Below are positions 1-7,916 of a stretch of DNA of 64,000 nt, in pieces (the stretch's first letter is position 1; every line of letters starts with the position of its first letter). The stretch covers positions 177,427 through 241,426 of the IMG/VR virus record IMGVR_UViG_3300007352_000001. One strand, 5' to 3'. The notes under the pieces were generated by a model, which did not search any database, was not told where the DNA came from, and was given only the letters and a program-made list of their open reading frames with translations. Made by a program: the position numbers and the translations under genes.

Positions 1-348
1 CTGCCGCGACGCTTTCCGCTCAGCCTTCTGTCGCTTGGCTTCGCGATCGGACTCCCAGCGCAAGATGTCAGCGGGTTCGATCCCACAAGCACGAATCAGG
101 TTGTTGACGATGGCCAGGACGGTGCGCGCATCTTCCTTGCCGAGCAGGTTGTAGAGGTAGGCCTCACTGAAAAACGGTGCGTCCTCGTCGCCTTTCGCGT
201 AGCCTCTGCTCTTCGAGAAGAAGCCGGCGTGCGGGCGATCTTCCAGCTTCACCGTGAACAGCTGGCTGATCGCACGCTTGAGCGTGCGGCTGCAGACGTG
301 CGTGAGGCGCTGCTTGCACCGGTCGCAGCGGATGCTCAGTTGTTCCAT
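1..348 (-). CDS. hypothetical protein with N-terminal CxxC, 3' end beyond window edge
   Basis: ATG at 348 preceded by GGAGG; open frame MEQLSIRCDRCKQRL... to position 1. Confidence 0.65.
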   Translation of the reverse strand, partial: MEQLSIRCDRCKQRLTHVCSRTLKRAISQLFTVKLEDRPHAGFFSKSRGYAKGDEDAPFFSEAYLYNLLGKEDARTVLAIVNNLIRACGIEPADILRWESDREAKRQKAERKASRQ

Positions 349-351
349 GCG

Positions 352-840
352 TTACCTCCGAAGTTGAAACACGACAGGGAAACGACTGCGCGAGACGCCG
401 TCGGCGTAGGTCACCGCCGACTCCTCGTCGAGGAAGAGACGGTGCGTGGCGAGCGCGGGCTTGCGCTCGTCGAGGCAGAGGATGACGAAGCCGGCTGGAC
501 GGTCGTGTTTCTTGATGCGATCGACGGGGATGGCCTGCCCTTCGCGCTGGTGGCGTTCGTAGGCGATCCGACACTCGCGGATCGCGAAGAGCGTCATCTC
601 AGGATAGCCGGCACGGCGGTAAGCGCGCAGCCGCACGTAGTCGTCGTGCCCGTCGAGCTGGGTCTGGCAGTTGTCGCAGATTCGCTGACGCTTCCCGAGA
701 TGAACGCGCCGGCTGCTGCACGACGTGCACACGGGCTCACCACAGTGCCCGCACGTGCCGACGGGCTGGTAGTAGTCGAACCCGGCCGGCGCGCGGCACC
801 CTTGGTTGACCACTGTGCAGGAATCGAAGTCTCCGCTCAT
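352..840 (-). CDS. Cys-rich zinc-finger hypothetical protein
   Basis: CGHC, CTSC and CDNC motifs; coupled to upstream ORF. Confidence 0.65.
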   Translation of the reverse strand: MSGDFDSCTVVNQGCRAPAGFDYYQPVGTCGHCGEPVCTSCSSRRVHLGKRQRICDNCQTQLDGHDDYVRLRAYRRAGYPEMTLFAIRECRIAYERHQREGQAIPVDRIKKHDRPAGFVILCLDERKPALATHRLFLDEESAVTYADGVSRSRFPVVFQLRR

Positions 841-1121
841 GTGCGCAGCTTGCTGAACGGCAACGGCCCGTCGCTCTCGCCGAGAATCGCGTTCAAGGCG
901 TAGATCACGTACTCCTCGGCCTCGCGGACCGTCGCGTGCGCGTCGTACCGCGCGCGGTTCCAGAAGGTCTCGCGGACGTCATGCGGCACTGCGGCTTGCC
1001 AGAAGGTCGCCCAAGTGTCGAGCTGTTCGCAGTAGAGGCGCCACACGAGCGCGAACTCGCCGCGCGGAAGCTCGTGCAACGGTCGTGGTGGTGTACCACC
1101 GGTCCAGGCGATCGTGTTCAT
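837..1121 (-). CDS. hypothetical protein
   Basis: MNTIAWTGG... start overlaps stop of 1118..1555 (ATGA). Confidence 0.6.
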   Translation of the reverse strand: MNTIAWTGGTPPRPLHELPRGEFALVWRLYCEQLDTWATFWQAAVPHDVRETFWNRARYDAHATVREAEEYVIYALNAILGESDGPLPFSKLRT

Positions 1122-1555
1122 ACGGTCCACGTTTCCAGCGGCGTGACGGCGCCGGGCTTGAAGATCAGCGCGTCCTGTTGCTCGTAGTCGAACTCGTACC
1201 AGGCGTCGTCGCCGGCCTTGGCGACCTCGGCTTTGATCCGCCGGCTGCCGCCATCGCTGACTTTGAGAGACAGTCCCTGACCGCCGACCCGCACGGCGAC
1301 GTGGAACCGCTTCACCAACTTGGGCGTGGCGACCTCGATCTCGTCGACGCGGGTGAGGATGCGTGTTGGCTCCGGTGGGCAACTCCAGTGCGGCCGGGCG
1401 ACACGCGCCCCGTCGGCATCGTTGAGCGGCGTGAGTCGTTCGGTGGACGGGTCGGATAGGTTCAGCGAGCCCCAGACCTGCACCCCGCCACGCTTCTCGA
1501 TCCACTGGCGGATCAGTTCCGCGTTCGAGGCCTTGATGCGGTATCGTTCGCTCAT
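1118..1555 (-). CDS. hypothetical protein
   Basis: 145 aa ORF with GGAGG SD, coupled on both sides. Confidence 0.7.
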   Translation of the reverse strand: MSERYRIKASNAELIRQWIEKRGGVQVWGSLNLSDPSTERLTPLNDADGARVARPHWSCPPEPTRILTRVDEIEVATPKLVKRFHVAVRVGGQGLSLKVSDGGSRRIKAEVAKAGDDAWYEFDYEQQDALIFKPGAVTPLETWTV

Positions 1556-1965
1556 GTTGGGGTGCCTCCTCCAAGCTGCGGACGCAGCTCGTGGCGAATG
1601 ACGTTGTACACGCTGAGCAACTCAGAACGGCGCGGCTTGCCGGTGCGATAGCGTTCCAGCTCGTCGAAGAGTCGCAGGAGCAGGACACGCTGGCGATTGG
1701 TGATCACGGTTCGCTGCCGTCGGTGTCGGCGTTGCCTGAGTGCTGTGCTCGCGACTTTGGCGATCTCCGTAACGCCTGCGTCGAAGACCTCGAACTCGCG
1801 CGCCATGTCATCGAGCACGGTCCGCGCGATGCGTTGCGGCGACGTGTGGCCACCTTCCCAGCGGTTCACCGTCGCGAACGAGACGCCGACTCGCGCTGCG
1901 AACTCTTCCTGGGTCAGGTCGAGGCGAGCCCGGAGTCTGAGCACCAGCGTTTTGTAGTCGGGCAT
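1552..1965 (-). CDS. XRE/Cro-family helix-turn-helix protein
   Basis: LRARLDLTQEEFAARVGVSFATVNRWEGG is a canonical HTH_3 motif. Confidence 0.85.
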   Translation of the reverse strand: MPDYKTLVLRLRARLDLTQEEFAARVGVSFATVNRWEGGHTSPQRIARTVLDDMAREFEVFDAGVTEIAKVASTALRQRRHRRQRTVITNRQRVLLLRLFDELERYRTGKPRRSELLSVYNVIRHELRPQLGGGTPT

Positions 1966-2765
1966 CACGCTGCCAGGCGGTCGATCTTCGGGTAGGGCAA
2001 GCTCGTCGGCAGGCGCTTGCGATCGGCCTTCTGGAAGGCCCAGGCGTACTTGTGGTTGCCGACATGGCGCAACGGGCGGGTGAGCAGCGCCAGGTGCGTC
2101 TGGAGCCACGCGAGACGCTCCTGCGCATCCTCCGGGGCCTTCGGCGCGCCGAACGCTTCCAGGATCTCGGCCGAGTAAACCCAGCCCTGCTCGCCCGCGC
2201 GGATCTTCTGGATCGCGCGATCGCTGAACACGGTGCCGTTCGGCAGGATGCGCAGCGTGCGCGCCGTGCCGCGACCGAGGTAGACGCCATTGGACGCCTG
2301 GTAGATCGTACCGACGTGGCCGGGAAAGATGGTCTGCCCTTCGTCGTCGGTGCGGGCGATCGGGTCGGAGAACGACACGACGCCGCGCAGGCCTTCACCA
2401 CGCAGCTGCTCGAAGCAGCGCGCCAGGAACCAGGTCTCGCCGTTGCCGGCGACGTTGTCGAGGAGCACGAAACGGCCCAGCTCGACCGATTCCTTGGCCT
2501 CGCCGGGGAACACCGAGGTCAGCACCTTGTTCGAGCACGGGTGGCTGAACACTGCCACGCCGGCCAGGTCGCCACCGCGGTAGAGCCCGAAGCGGAAGCG
2601 GGCCGCGGGGTAGGTCGCCGAGTAGTGGTGTTGGACGACGAAGGCCTTGGCGACGCGGTCGGTGTCGATTGCGGCGACCTCGAACTCGGCCGTGTTGATG
2701 GTCTCACCAGCCGGGCGGTAGGTGTCCCGGCGGTCACGCCAGCGCTGGTTCACGGTGGTCAGCAC
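1965..2765 (-). CDS. mom: Mom-family DNA adenine-modification protein (GNAT fold)
   Basis: HHYS, GVAVF, VELGRFVL, ETWFLARC, VVSFSDP and GHVGTIYQASN..YLG motifs; likely GTG start at 2765 (ORF open to 2786). Confidence 0.8.
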   Translation of the reverse strand: MLTTVNQRWRDRRDTYRPAGETINTAEFEVAAIDTDRVAKAFVVQHHYSATYPAARFRFGLYRGGDLAGVAVFSHPCSNKVLTSVFPGEAKESVELGRFVLLDNVAGNGETWFLARCFEQLRGEGLRGVVSFSDPIARTDDEGQTIFPGHVGTIYQASNGVYLGRGTARTLRILPNGTVFSDRAIQKIRAGEQGWVYSAEILEAFGAPKAPEDAQERLAWLQTHLALLTRPLRHVGNHKYAWAFQKADRKRLPTSLPYPKIDRLAA

Positions 2766-2959
2766 GGGCGGAAGTCCTCCAGCCACGAGGGGCCGAAGTT
2801 GTTGCGGACACGCTGCAGGCTCGCCGCCAGGTCGCCGACGTCGAGCCCTTCGCGGCGGTAGTTGCCGCTGAGCCAGGCGTTGCGGATGGCTGCCTTGTAC
2901 TCTCTGCCGAGAAGGTTGCGCGCCCGCTCGACGGCCGCTCGTGCTTCCTGTTCAGTCAT
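2759..2959 (-). CDS. hypothetical protein, apparently leaderless
   Basis: ATG directly follows a repeated promoter element. Confidence 0.65.
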   Translation of the reverse strand: MTEQEARAAVERARNLLGREYKAAIRNAWLSGNYRREGLDVGDLAASLQRVRNNFGPSWLEDFRPC

Positions 2960-2988
2960 ACCGGTACAAAGGTGCGAGAACTATGCCA
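2960..2988 (-). promoter_or_regulatory. sigma54-like repeated promoter element, copy 1
   Basis: minus strand TGGCAT-AGTTC-TCGCA-CCTTTGTACCGGT-ATG. Confidence 0.75.
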
Positions 2989-3154
2989 ACGTGTACGTGT
3001 GGCCTTTGGTGGCGCTCACGTACTTGTCGGCGCCGTACCATTTGACATGGTCGATCTCACCGTCGTCCGAGACGATGGTGGACCAGTGGGCCACCGTGTC
3101 GACCTTGAAGCGTTTCCTGTCCCCGTCACGGACTAGGGTGTCACCGGGTCGCAC
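2981..3154 (-). CDS. small hypothetical protein
   Basis: GTG start after GAGGG; MRPGDTLVRDGDRKRFKV... Confidence 0.55.
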   Translation of the reverse strand: MRPGDTLVRDGDRKRFKVDTVAHWSTIVSDDGEIDHVKWYGADKYVSATKGHTYTLA

Positions 3155-3565
3155 GGCGCCCCTCAAACCACCGTGCCCACCTCGGTAGCTTGGCCTTGAT
3201 CCCGTCCAGCTGCTCATGGATTCGCGTCTCGTCACCGCGTCCGTGGTCGGCCGCGTCGTAGCAGAGCAAGCAGTAGAGCCCGAGCTGCCGCAGGACGGTG
3301 ATCTTCCGTTCCTCCCCGGCGGTGACGTCAGGCCAGAGTCGGGTGACTGCCAGACGGAGGGCGGACTTGCGGTGGTACTTGGCGAAGTTTCCTGCCGTGC
3401 CACAATGCTCGACCGCTGCCGCGTCCGGGTTGCGGAGGGTGTGTACGTGGCGCTCGAACTCCGGCCGGCACGTGGCGCACAGCAAGTCGGCTTCAGCGGC
3501 GCGCTCGCGGCAGTGATGACAGCGTTGGGCGTACGGGATCGGGTTCGGTTCGGTTCGTAGGGCAT
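3141..3565 (-). pseudogene. zinc-finger protein gene frameshifted in a (GAACC)3 repeat
   Basis: ATG at 3565 (MPYEP) is out of frame with the protein-like downstream frame (CHHC, CATC, CLLC); removing one GAACC restores MPYEPNPIPYAQRCHHC. Confidence 0.5.
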
Positions 3566-3570
3566 CACGA

Positions 3571-4005
3571 TCACCGGCGAGCGCAGGACGGCGCAGCGGC
3601 CTTGAGGCCGGCGCGATCGAGCGCCTCGTCCACTGCTTCCTTGCGACTGCGGCAGAAGGTTGAGGACATCTTGTCGCCGATGGTGGCGGTCCAGTACCCG
3701 CCCCGTCGGCGCCAGACTGCGCCGACGTCCCCACCGTCCGAGAGGATCCGATAGCTGCTCGGGCCGTCGTACTTGAACGTGATCATCGTCACCTTGCCGA
3801 GGGTCAGCACCACGCGATCGCCCGGCTTCGACAGCCGCAGCGCGCGGCGCATCATCGCCAACGCACTCTTCGCCGCCGGGGCCATGCTCAGGTGAGTCTC
3901 TTCGAGCGTGAGCGGGTTGCGTAGGAAGTAGTGCCCGTTCTCGTGCCGGCCCAGCGTCAGGCCGTGCGAGAGTGCGAAGGCGACCGCGGTCTTGTGCATC
4001 TGCAT
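3571..4005 (-). CDS. hypothetical protein
   Basis: 144 aa ORF in minus-strand block. Confidence 0.65.
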   Translation of the reverse strand: MQMHKTAVAFALSHGLTLGRHENGHYFLRNPLTLEETHLSMAPAAKSALAMMRRALRLSKPGDRVVLTLGKVTMITFKYDGPSSYRILSDGGDVGAVWRRRGGYWTATIGDKMSSTFCRSRKEAVDEALDRAGLKAAAPSCARR

Positions 4006-4017
4006 GGTGAGTGCCCT

Positions 4018-4860
4018 TCACTTCGCCTTGCGCTGGATCTTCGGCCAGCGGGTCTTGTCGCGCGCGATCGCCTTCTCGTCGTCGACGTTGGACGCATGCT
4101 TGGTAGCCAAGGCGAGGGCGACCAGGTCGGCGCGATCGGCGTGGCTAGAGCGTATGCGCGGCGCGTCCTCACGATCGGTCTGCTCGTTCCAGTAGTCGAC
4201 GTCGCGCAGCTCGCGGGCCAGATCCTCGTACGCGGACCGCTCGGTGTTGTAGAGCACCCAGCCCTTGACGGGGTGAAGGACGGCCTTCGCCAGCTTCTCG
4301 GCGCGCTTGGTATCGCGCTCAGCCTTGCGGGCTTCCTTCGCTTCACGCGCCTCGCGGCCGACGCGCCCCTCGCCCCAGAACTTCGAGGCCGGCGCCGACG
4401 GGAAGCAGACGGTGCACATCGTCTCGCCGTATTCCTTGACCGCTTCCTCTTCGGTCGCGCCGGAGAGGGTGAACACCCATGAATACTGCGTGGTCGGGAA
4501 GCAGGTCGAGCAGCCGCGCGTGCTGTGGACGTGGCCGTTGCCGTTGGTGACCAGGTAGAAGCGTGACCAGGGGCGCCGCGCGTATTCCTCGTGCAGCGGC
4601 GCCGCCGCGGCGCGGGCGGCATCGCGCTTGCGCGTGTACGCGGCGACCTCGGCTTCCGCCTCATCGAGTCCATGGAACCGGAAGTCCGGGCCGTACCTGT
4701 CGGGATGCCGCTCGTGCAGTAGCTTCGAGTCCTCCAGCAGGCGCTCGACACGGTTGGTCAGGTAGGACAGCCGGAAGATCGCGTCGTACTCGATCCCCAC
4801 CAGGCGGGCCAACTCGGTGTCGATCTCGACCGGCGTCTGCGTGCTGAGTGGCTTCGACAT
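4018..4860 (-). CDS. hypothetical protein with HxxxxCxxC...CxxC zinc motif
   Basis: HVHSTRGCSTC and CTVCFP; ATG at 4860 abuts promoter element. Confidence 0.75.
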   Translation of the reverse strand: MSKPLSTQTPVEIDTELARLVGIEYDAIFRLSYLTNRVERLLEDSKLLHERHPDRYGPDFRFHGLDEAEAEVAAYTRKRDAARAAAAPLHEEYARRPWSRFYLVTNGNGHVHSTRGCSTCFPTTQYSWVFTLSGATEEEAVKEYGETMCTVCFPSAPASKFWGEGRVGREAREAKEARKAERDTKRAEKLAKAVLHPVKGWVLYNTERSAYEDLARELRDVDYWNEQTDREDAPRIRSSHADRADLVALALATKHASNVDDEKAIARDKTRWPKIQRKAK

Positions 4861-4889
4861 ACCGGTACAAAGGTGCGAAGAGCGTGCCA
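4861..4889 (-). promoter_or_regulatory. sigma54-like repeated promoter element, copy 2
   Basis: TGGCAC-GCTCT-TCGCA-CCTTTGTACCGGT-ATG. Confidence 0.75.
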
Positions 4890-4890
4890 A

Positions 4891-5520
4891 TCAGTCCCCC
4901 AGGAACCTGTTGCGATTGTCCATGGGGATGAGGGCGCCGTGCCCAGCGTCGACGATTGCTTGGTAGAGTCGCCTAGCACCTGCTTTGAGGTGTGCGACTT
5001 GTACCGGGTCGATGTGGGCGAGCCAGTGAACCTGGTCGACGGTGTAGCTGGCTGGATGACTCGCCGGCAGCTGCAGGACGTCGTTCAGTACCTTGCGTAG
5101 ATCGTGCGCGACCTTCAGCGGCTTCCTTGGGTCGTCAGGCTTCGCCACTGGCGGCTTGAGCCCTTGGCGGAAGAGTGCCTGGCGAAGTGCGTTGCCGCCG
5201 AAGTCGTAGTGATCCGACCGGCCGACGTAGATGTACGGCGCCGCACTCTCGAACACCCAGCGTGTCGGGTCATAGACGCGACCGTCTGGAAGGTCGATCC
5301 AGCCGTGGTTCGAGAACGGCCGGCCCGTGAAGATGTTCCCTTCGGCGATCGGGCCGTGCCAGATGCCGTACGAGAGCTGTGAACGTGCCGGCAGAAGCTC
5401 AGAACGAAAGACCTGTGACGCAACCTGGTAGCAGTGACCAGGCCATCCTTCGACCGGCCAGTTGATCAGGGCGGCAACGGTCCGCACGTCGAGTGCGCGT
5501 TTGCTGAGACGAGTCGGCAT
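4891..5520 (-). CDS. putative transglutaminase/papain-fold (Cys-His-Asp) protein
   Basis: GHCY...NHGWI....G.VYDPT pattern. Confidence 0.55.
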   Translation of the reverse strand: MPTRLSKRALDVRTVAALINWPVEGWPGHCYQVASQVFRSELLPARSQLSYGIWHGPIAEGNIFTGRPFSNHGWIDLPDGRVYDPTRWVFESAAPYIYVGRSDHYDFGGNALRQALFRQGLKPPVAKPDDPRKPLKVAHDLRKVLNDVLQLPASHPASYTVDQVHWLAHIDPVQVAHLKAGARRLYQAIVDAGHGALIPMDNRNRFLGD

Positions 5521-5551
5521 CTATCGGGACAAAGGTGCGAGAGGTATGCCA
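5521..5551 (-). promoter_or_regulatory. sigma54-like repeated promoter element, copy 3 (divergent pair with copy 4)
   Basis: TGGCAT-ACCTC-TCGCA-CCTTTGTCCCGAT-AG-ATG. Confidence 0.72.
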
Positions 5552-5578
5552 CCGATCGCGTCGATCTGCTAGAGGAGT

Positions 5579-5607
5579 TGGCACAATCCCTGCACTTTTG
5601 TCCCGGT
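5579..5607 (+). promoter_or_regulatory. sigma54-like repeated promoter element, copy 4
   Basis: TGGCAC-AATCC-CTGCA-CTTTTGTCCCGGT-ATG. Confidence 0.72.
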
Positions 5608-5775
5608 ATGGATGCATTGACCGCTGAGTTGTTGGAGGCCGCAAAGCAGGTGTTCGAGTCGACCACTGAGTGCCGGCACGGCCACTGGTTGGTGCCGAAT
5701 GCAGCGGTGCGTCGCCTGGTCGTCGCGACTGAGGCCCTCGATCCAACCTGGCGCCCGGCCTCGGAGGAAGCGTGA
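5608..5775 (+). CDS. small hypothetical protein
   Basis: MDALTAELLEAAK...; ATG abuts promoter element. Confidence 0.6.
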   Translation: MDALTAELLEAAKQVFESTTECRHGHWLVPNAAVRRLVVATEALDPTWRPASEEA

Positions 5776-5993
5776 GCAACGTCCCCATCAAACCGTTCAA
5801 CGATCGCCAGGCGATCGCGTACGCCGACCGCATCGAGAGCGGTGGAGTCGTCGTCATCATCTGCAACCGGTGCCGCGGCGAGGTGAAGCGGCACAAGGTG
5901 AAGCCGACACTGGCGAAGCTCGTGCTGTCGCAGTGGAACCTCGACAACGGCGGTTTCCCACTCGCCGCGTGCCAGCGGTGCAAGGAGCGTTGA
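5772..5993 (+). CDS. small zinc-ribbon protein
   Basis: CNRC and CQRC; coupled. Confidence 0.6.
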   Translation: MSNVPIKPFNDRQAIAYADRIESGGVVVIICNRCRGEVKRHKVKPTLAKLVLSQWNLDNGGFPLAACQRCKER

Positions 5994-6619
5994 TGCCCAA
6001 GGTCAGAGAGACGGACATTCTGCACGAAGCCGGCGACTACTGGGTGAAGCGAGTGGCCAGAGGATTCGAGGTGTACCGAAACGGCCTGACCCACGCCGTG
6101 CGTGTCGCGAGCGTCGGCGACGGCCCCGGCCCGCGCCTTGGCATTGAGCGAGCGAAGGCCGAGGCTGATCGTCTCTATGCGACAGACTTCGTCGCCACTG
6201 CGCAGCGCATCGCCACCGAGGCCCACGCCGGCCAGACCAGAGCGTTCGGCCCCCAGGCCGGGCAGCCGTACATCATCCACCCCACCGCGGTCGCCGGCCG
6301 CTTCCAGGATGATCCTGTCAAGCAAGCGATCGGTTGGCTGCACGACACCGTCGAGGACACGGCCAAGACCGATCATCCGGTAACCTTCGACGACCTCCGT
6401 GCCGCCGGTTTGCCCGAAGAGGTCGTCACTGGCGTAGACGCAATGACGCGCCGTCAGGGCGAGGCGTACCACGACTTCGTCGTGCGCTGCTCGCGACATC
6501 CGCACGCGCGGCACGTGAAGCTCGCCGACCTCGGCGACAACATGGCCACGTTGCCCGAGGGGCACGGGCTCAGGAAGCGGTACGTCAAGGCGCTCGTGCT
6601 GCTCGCGGAGGCCGAATGA
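5993..6619 (+). CDS. HD-domain hydrolase, small alarmone hydrolase (SAH/MESH1)-like, with N-terminal extension
   Basis: AHAGQTR...PYIIHP..VA...LHDTVEDT...VKLADLGDNM, RelA/SpoT hydrolase-type motifs. Confidence 0.8.
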   Translation: MPKVRETDILHEAGDYWVKRVARGFEVYRNGLTHAVRVASVGDGPGPRLGIERAKAEADRLYATDFVATAQRIATEAHAGQTRAFGPQAGQPYIIHPTAVAGRFQDDPVKQAIGWLHDTVEDTAKTDHPVTFDDLRAAGLPEEVVTGVDAMTRRQGEAYHDFVVRCSRHPHARHVKLADLGDNMATLPEGHGLRKRYVKALVLLAEAE

Positions 6620-6765
6620 GACCGCGCAAGTGTCCACGATGCAACGGTCGACTGGCTCTGCTTGGGGCGACGGCTGGATCGCAGAAGCGTTGGTACTGCA
6701 CCACGCGCGGCGGCTGCGGCCACGTGTGGAGTCGTGTCGACGGCAAGTGGGTCGCGTTGTCATGA
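6616..6765 (+). CDS. small zinc-ribbon protein
   Basis: MRPRKCPRC...WYC....GCGHVW. Confidence 0.55.
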   Translation: MRPRKCPRCNGRLALLGATAGSQKRWYCTTRGGCGHVWSRVDGKWVALS

Positions 6766-6998
6766 CCGAGCTGCAGCGCCGTGCGCTGGCTCGCGCGATC
6801 AAGGCGTATCCCGAGTCGATCATCGCGACCGGCTCTGGTGACCGAGTGACGCTGGCGTCACTCCACACCAGAGGGTTGCTGACGCGCACTGTGCGACGCG
6901 AGGCGCGCCAGGAAGCGGACCGGGCGTACGCGTACAAGGCATCCGACCTCGTCATGGAAGAGTGGCGCGCGATCTGCGCAAGAAAGGCGGCACCGTGA
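6762..6998 (+). CDS. hypothetical protein, possible winged helix
   Basis: TLASLHTRGLLTR; coupled. Confidence 0.55.
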   Translation: MTELQRRALARAIKAYPESIIATGSGDRVTLASLHTRGLLTRTVRREARQEADRAYAYKASDLVMEEWRAICARKAAP

Positions 6999-7570
6999 AG
7001 ATCACCAACACTTCACTGTATCTCACCAGGAACCTGCGACGGATCGTCGCCCGCGTCGCGGCCGAGGAGCTGACGTCCGAGCAGCGTGCCGGCATCATCT
7101 CGGTGCGCTTCGAGACGCGGAGAGGGTCACGGAAGGGGCCGTGCACGAGCGTCGCAGTCGGTCGCACCGACAACAAGACCGCGCGCTGTGCGGTCAGCCT
7201 GCCAGAGCAGAGCACGGAGCCGGAGTACGTCGCCGTCGCCCTCGCCCGCGCCTTCGCCGAAGCGAAGGGAGTGAGCCAGCGGCAGATGCAGGAAGTGAAG
7301 CGCTACGGCTTCAAGACCGGCTGGCACACCTTCTACTCGTCAGTGGTCGACATCCCGATCACGAAGCGAGCGCCGCGTATCAAGGCGCGGCCGACGTCGT
7401 TCGCCAAGCTCGTGCACGGGAAGCAGAACGCCGAGGCACGCGTGCGCGAGTGGGAGCGCAAGCAGAAGCTCGCTACGACCAAGTTGAAGGTCTGGCGCGC
7501 GAAGGTGCGTTACTACGATCGGAAACTGGAGAAGCGCAGGCCGAAAGAGGAGGCCGGTGCCACGGCCTGA
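6995..7570 (+). CDS. basic hypothetical protein
   Basis: GTG start overlapping upstream stop; C-terminal coiled coil. Confidence 0.65.
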   Translation: MKITNTSLYLTRNLRRIVARVAAEELTSEQRAGIISVRFETRRGSRKGPCTSVAVGRTDNKTARCAVSLPEQSTEPEYVAVALARAFAEAKGVSQRQMQEVKRYGFKTGWHTFYSSVVDIPITKRAPRIKARPTSFAKLVHGKQNAEARVREWERKQKLATTKLKVWRAKVRYYDRKLEKRRPKEEAGATA

Positions 7571-7664
7571 CCCACCTGCCGCCAGAGGTTAAAACAACAC
7601 CGCGCTTTTGTAACAGCACCGGGCCGGAGGCTGGCGCTGAGCATGCCGACGCGATATAGGACCG

Positions 7665-7744
7665 GGGGCTGATAGGCCCCGTGCCGGTCACCTGCCCGGT
7701 GACCTTAACCGCCCCGCACGTCCTGCCCGGACGCCGGGGCGGTT
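7665..7744 (+). repeat. cluster of three GC-rich hairpins, two with identical TGCCC loops
   Basis: GGGGCT-GATA-GGCCCC; GGTCACC-TGCCC-GGTGACC; AACCGCCCCG..CGTCC-TGCCC-GGACG..CGGGGCGGTT. Confidence 0.6.
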
Positions 7745-7749
7745 CACGT

Positions 7750-7779
7750 TTGACAACGCGACAAGATCTGGGGTATGCG
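7750..7779 (+). promoter_or_regulatory. putative sigma70-type promoter of the replication/recombination block
   Basis: TTGACA-N18-TATGCG in intergenic DNA. Confidence 0.4.
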
Positions 7780-7916
7780 ACGCATCACCTTCTAGTGGGA
7801 GACGTCTCACGACCGATGCCTTCTAGCGGGGACCGGTGGGGTGGCGCTGGGCGCTGGCCAGTAATCCTGGACGTTGACCGGCGCCGCTCCTCGGTGATGC
7901 GGTTGGATGTGGTGGG

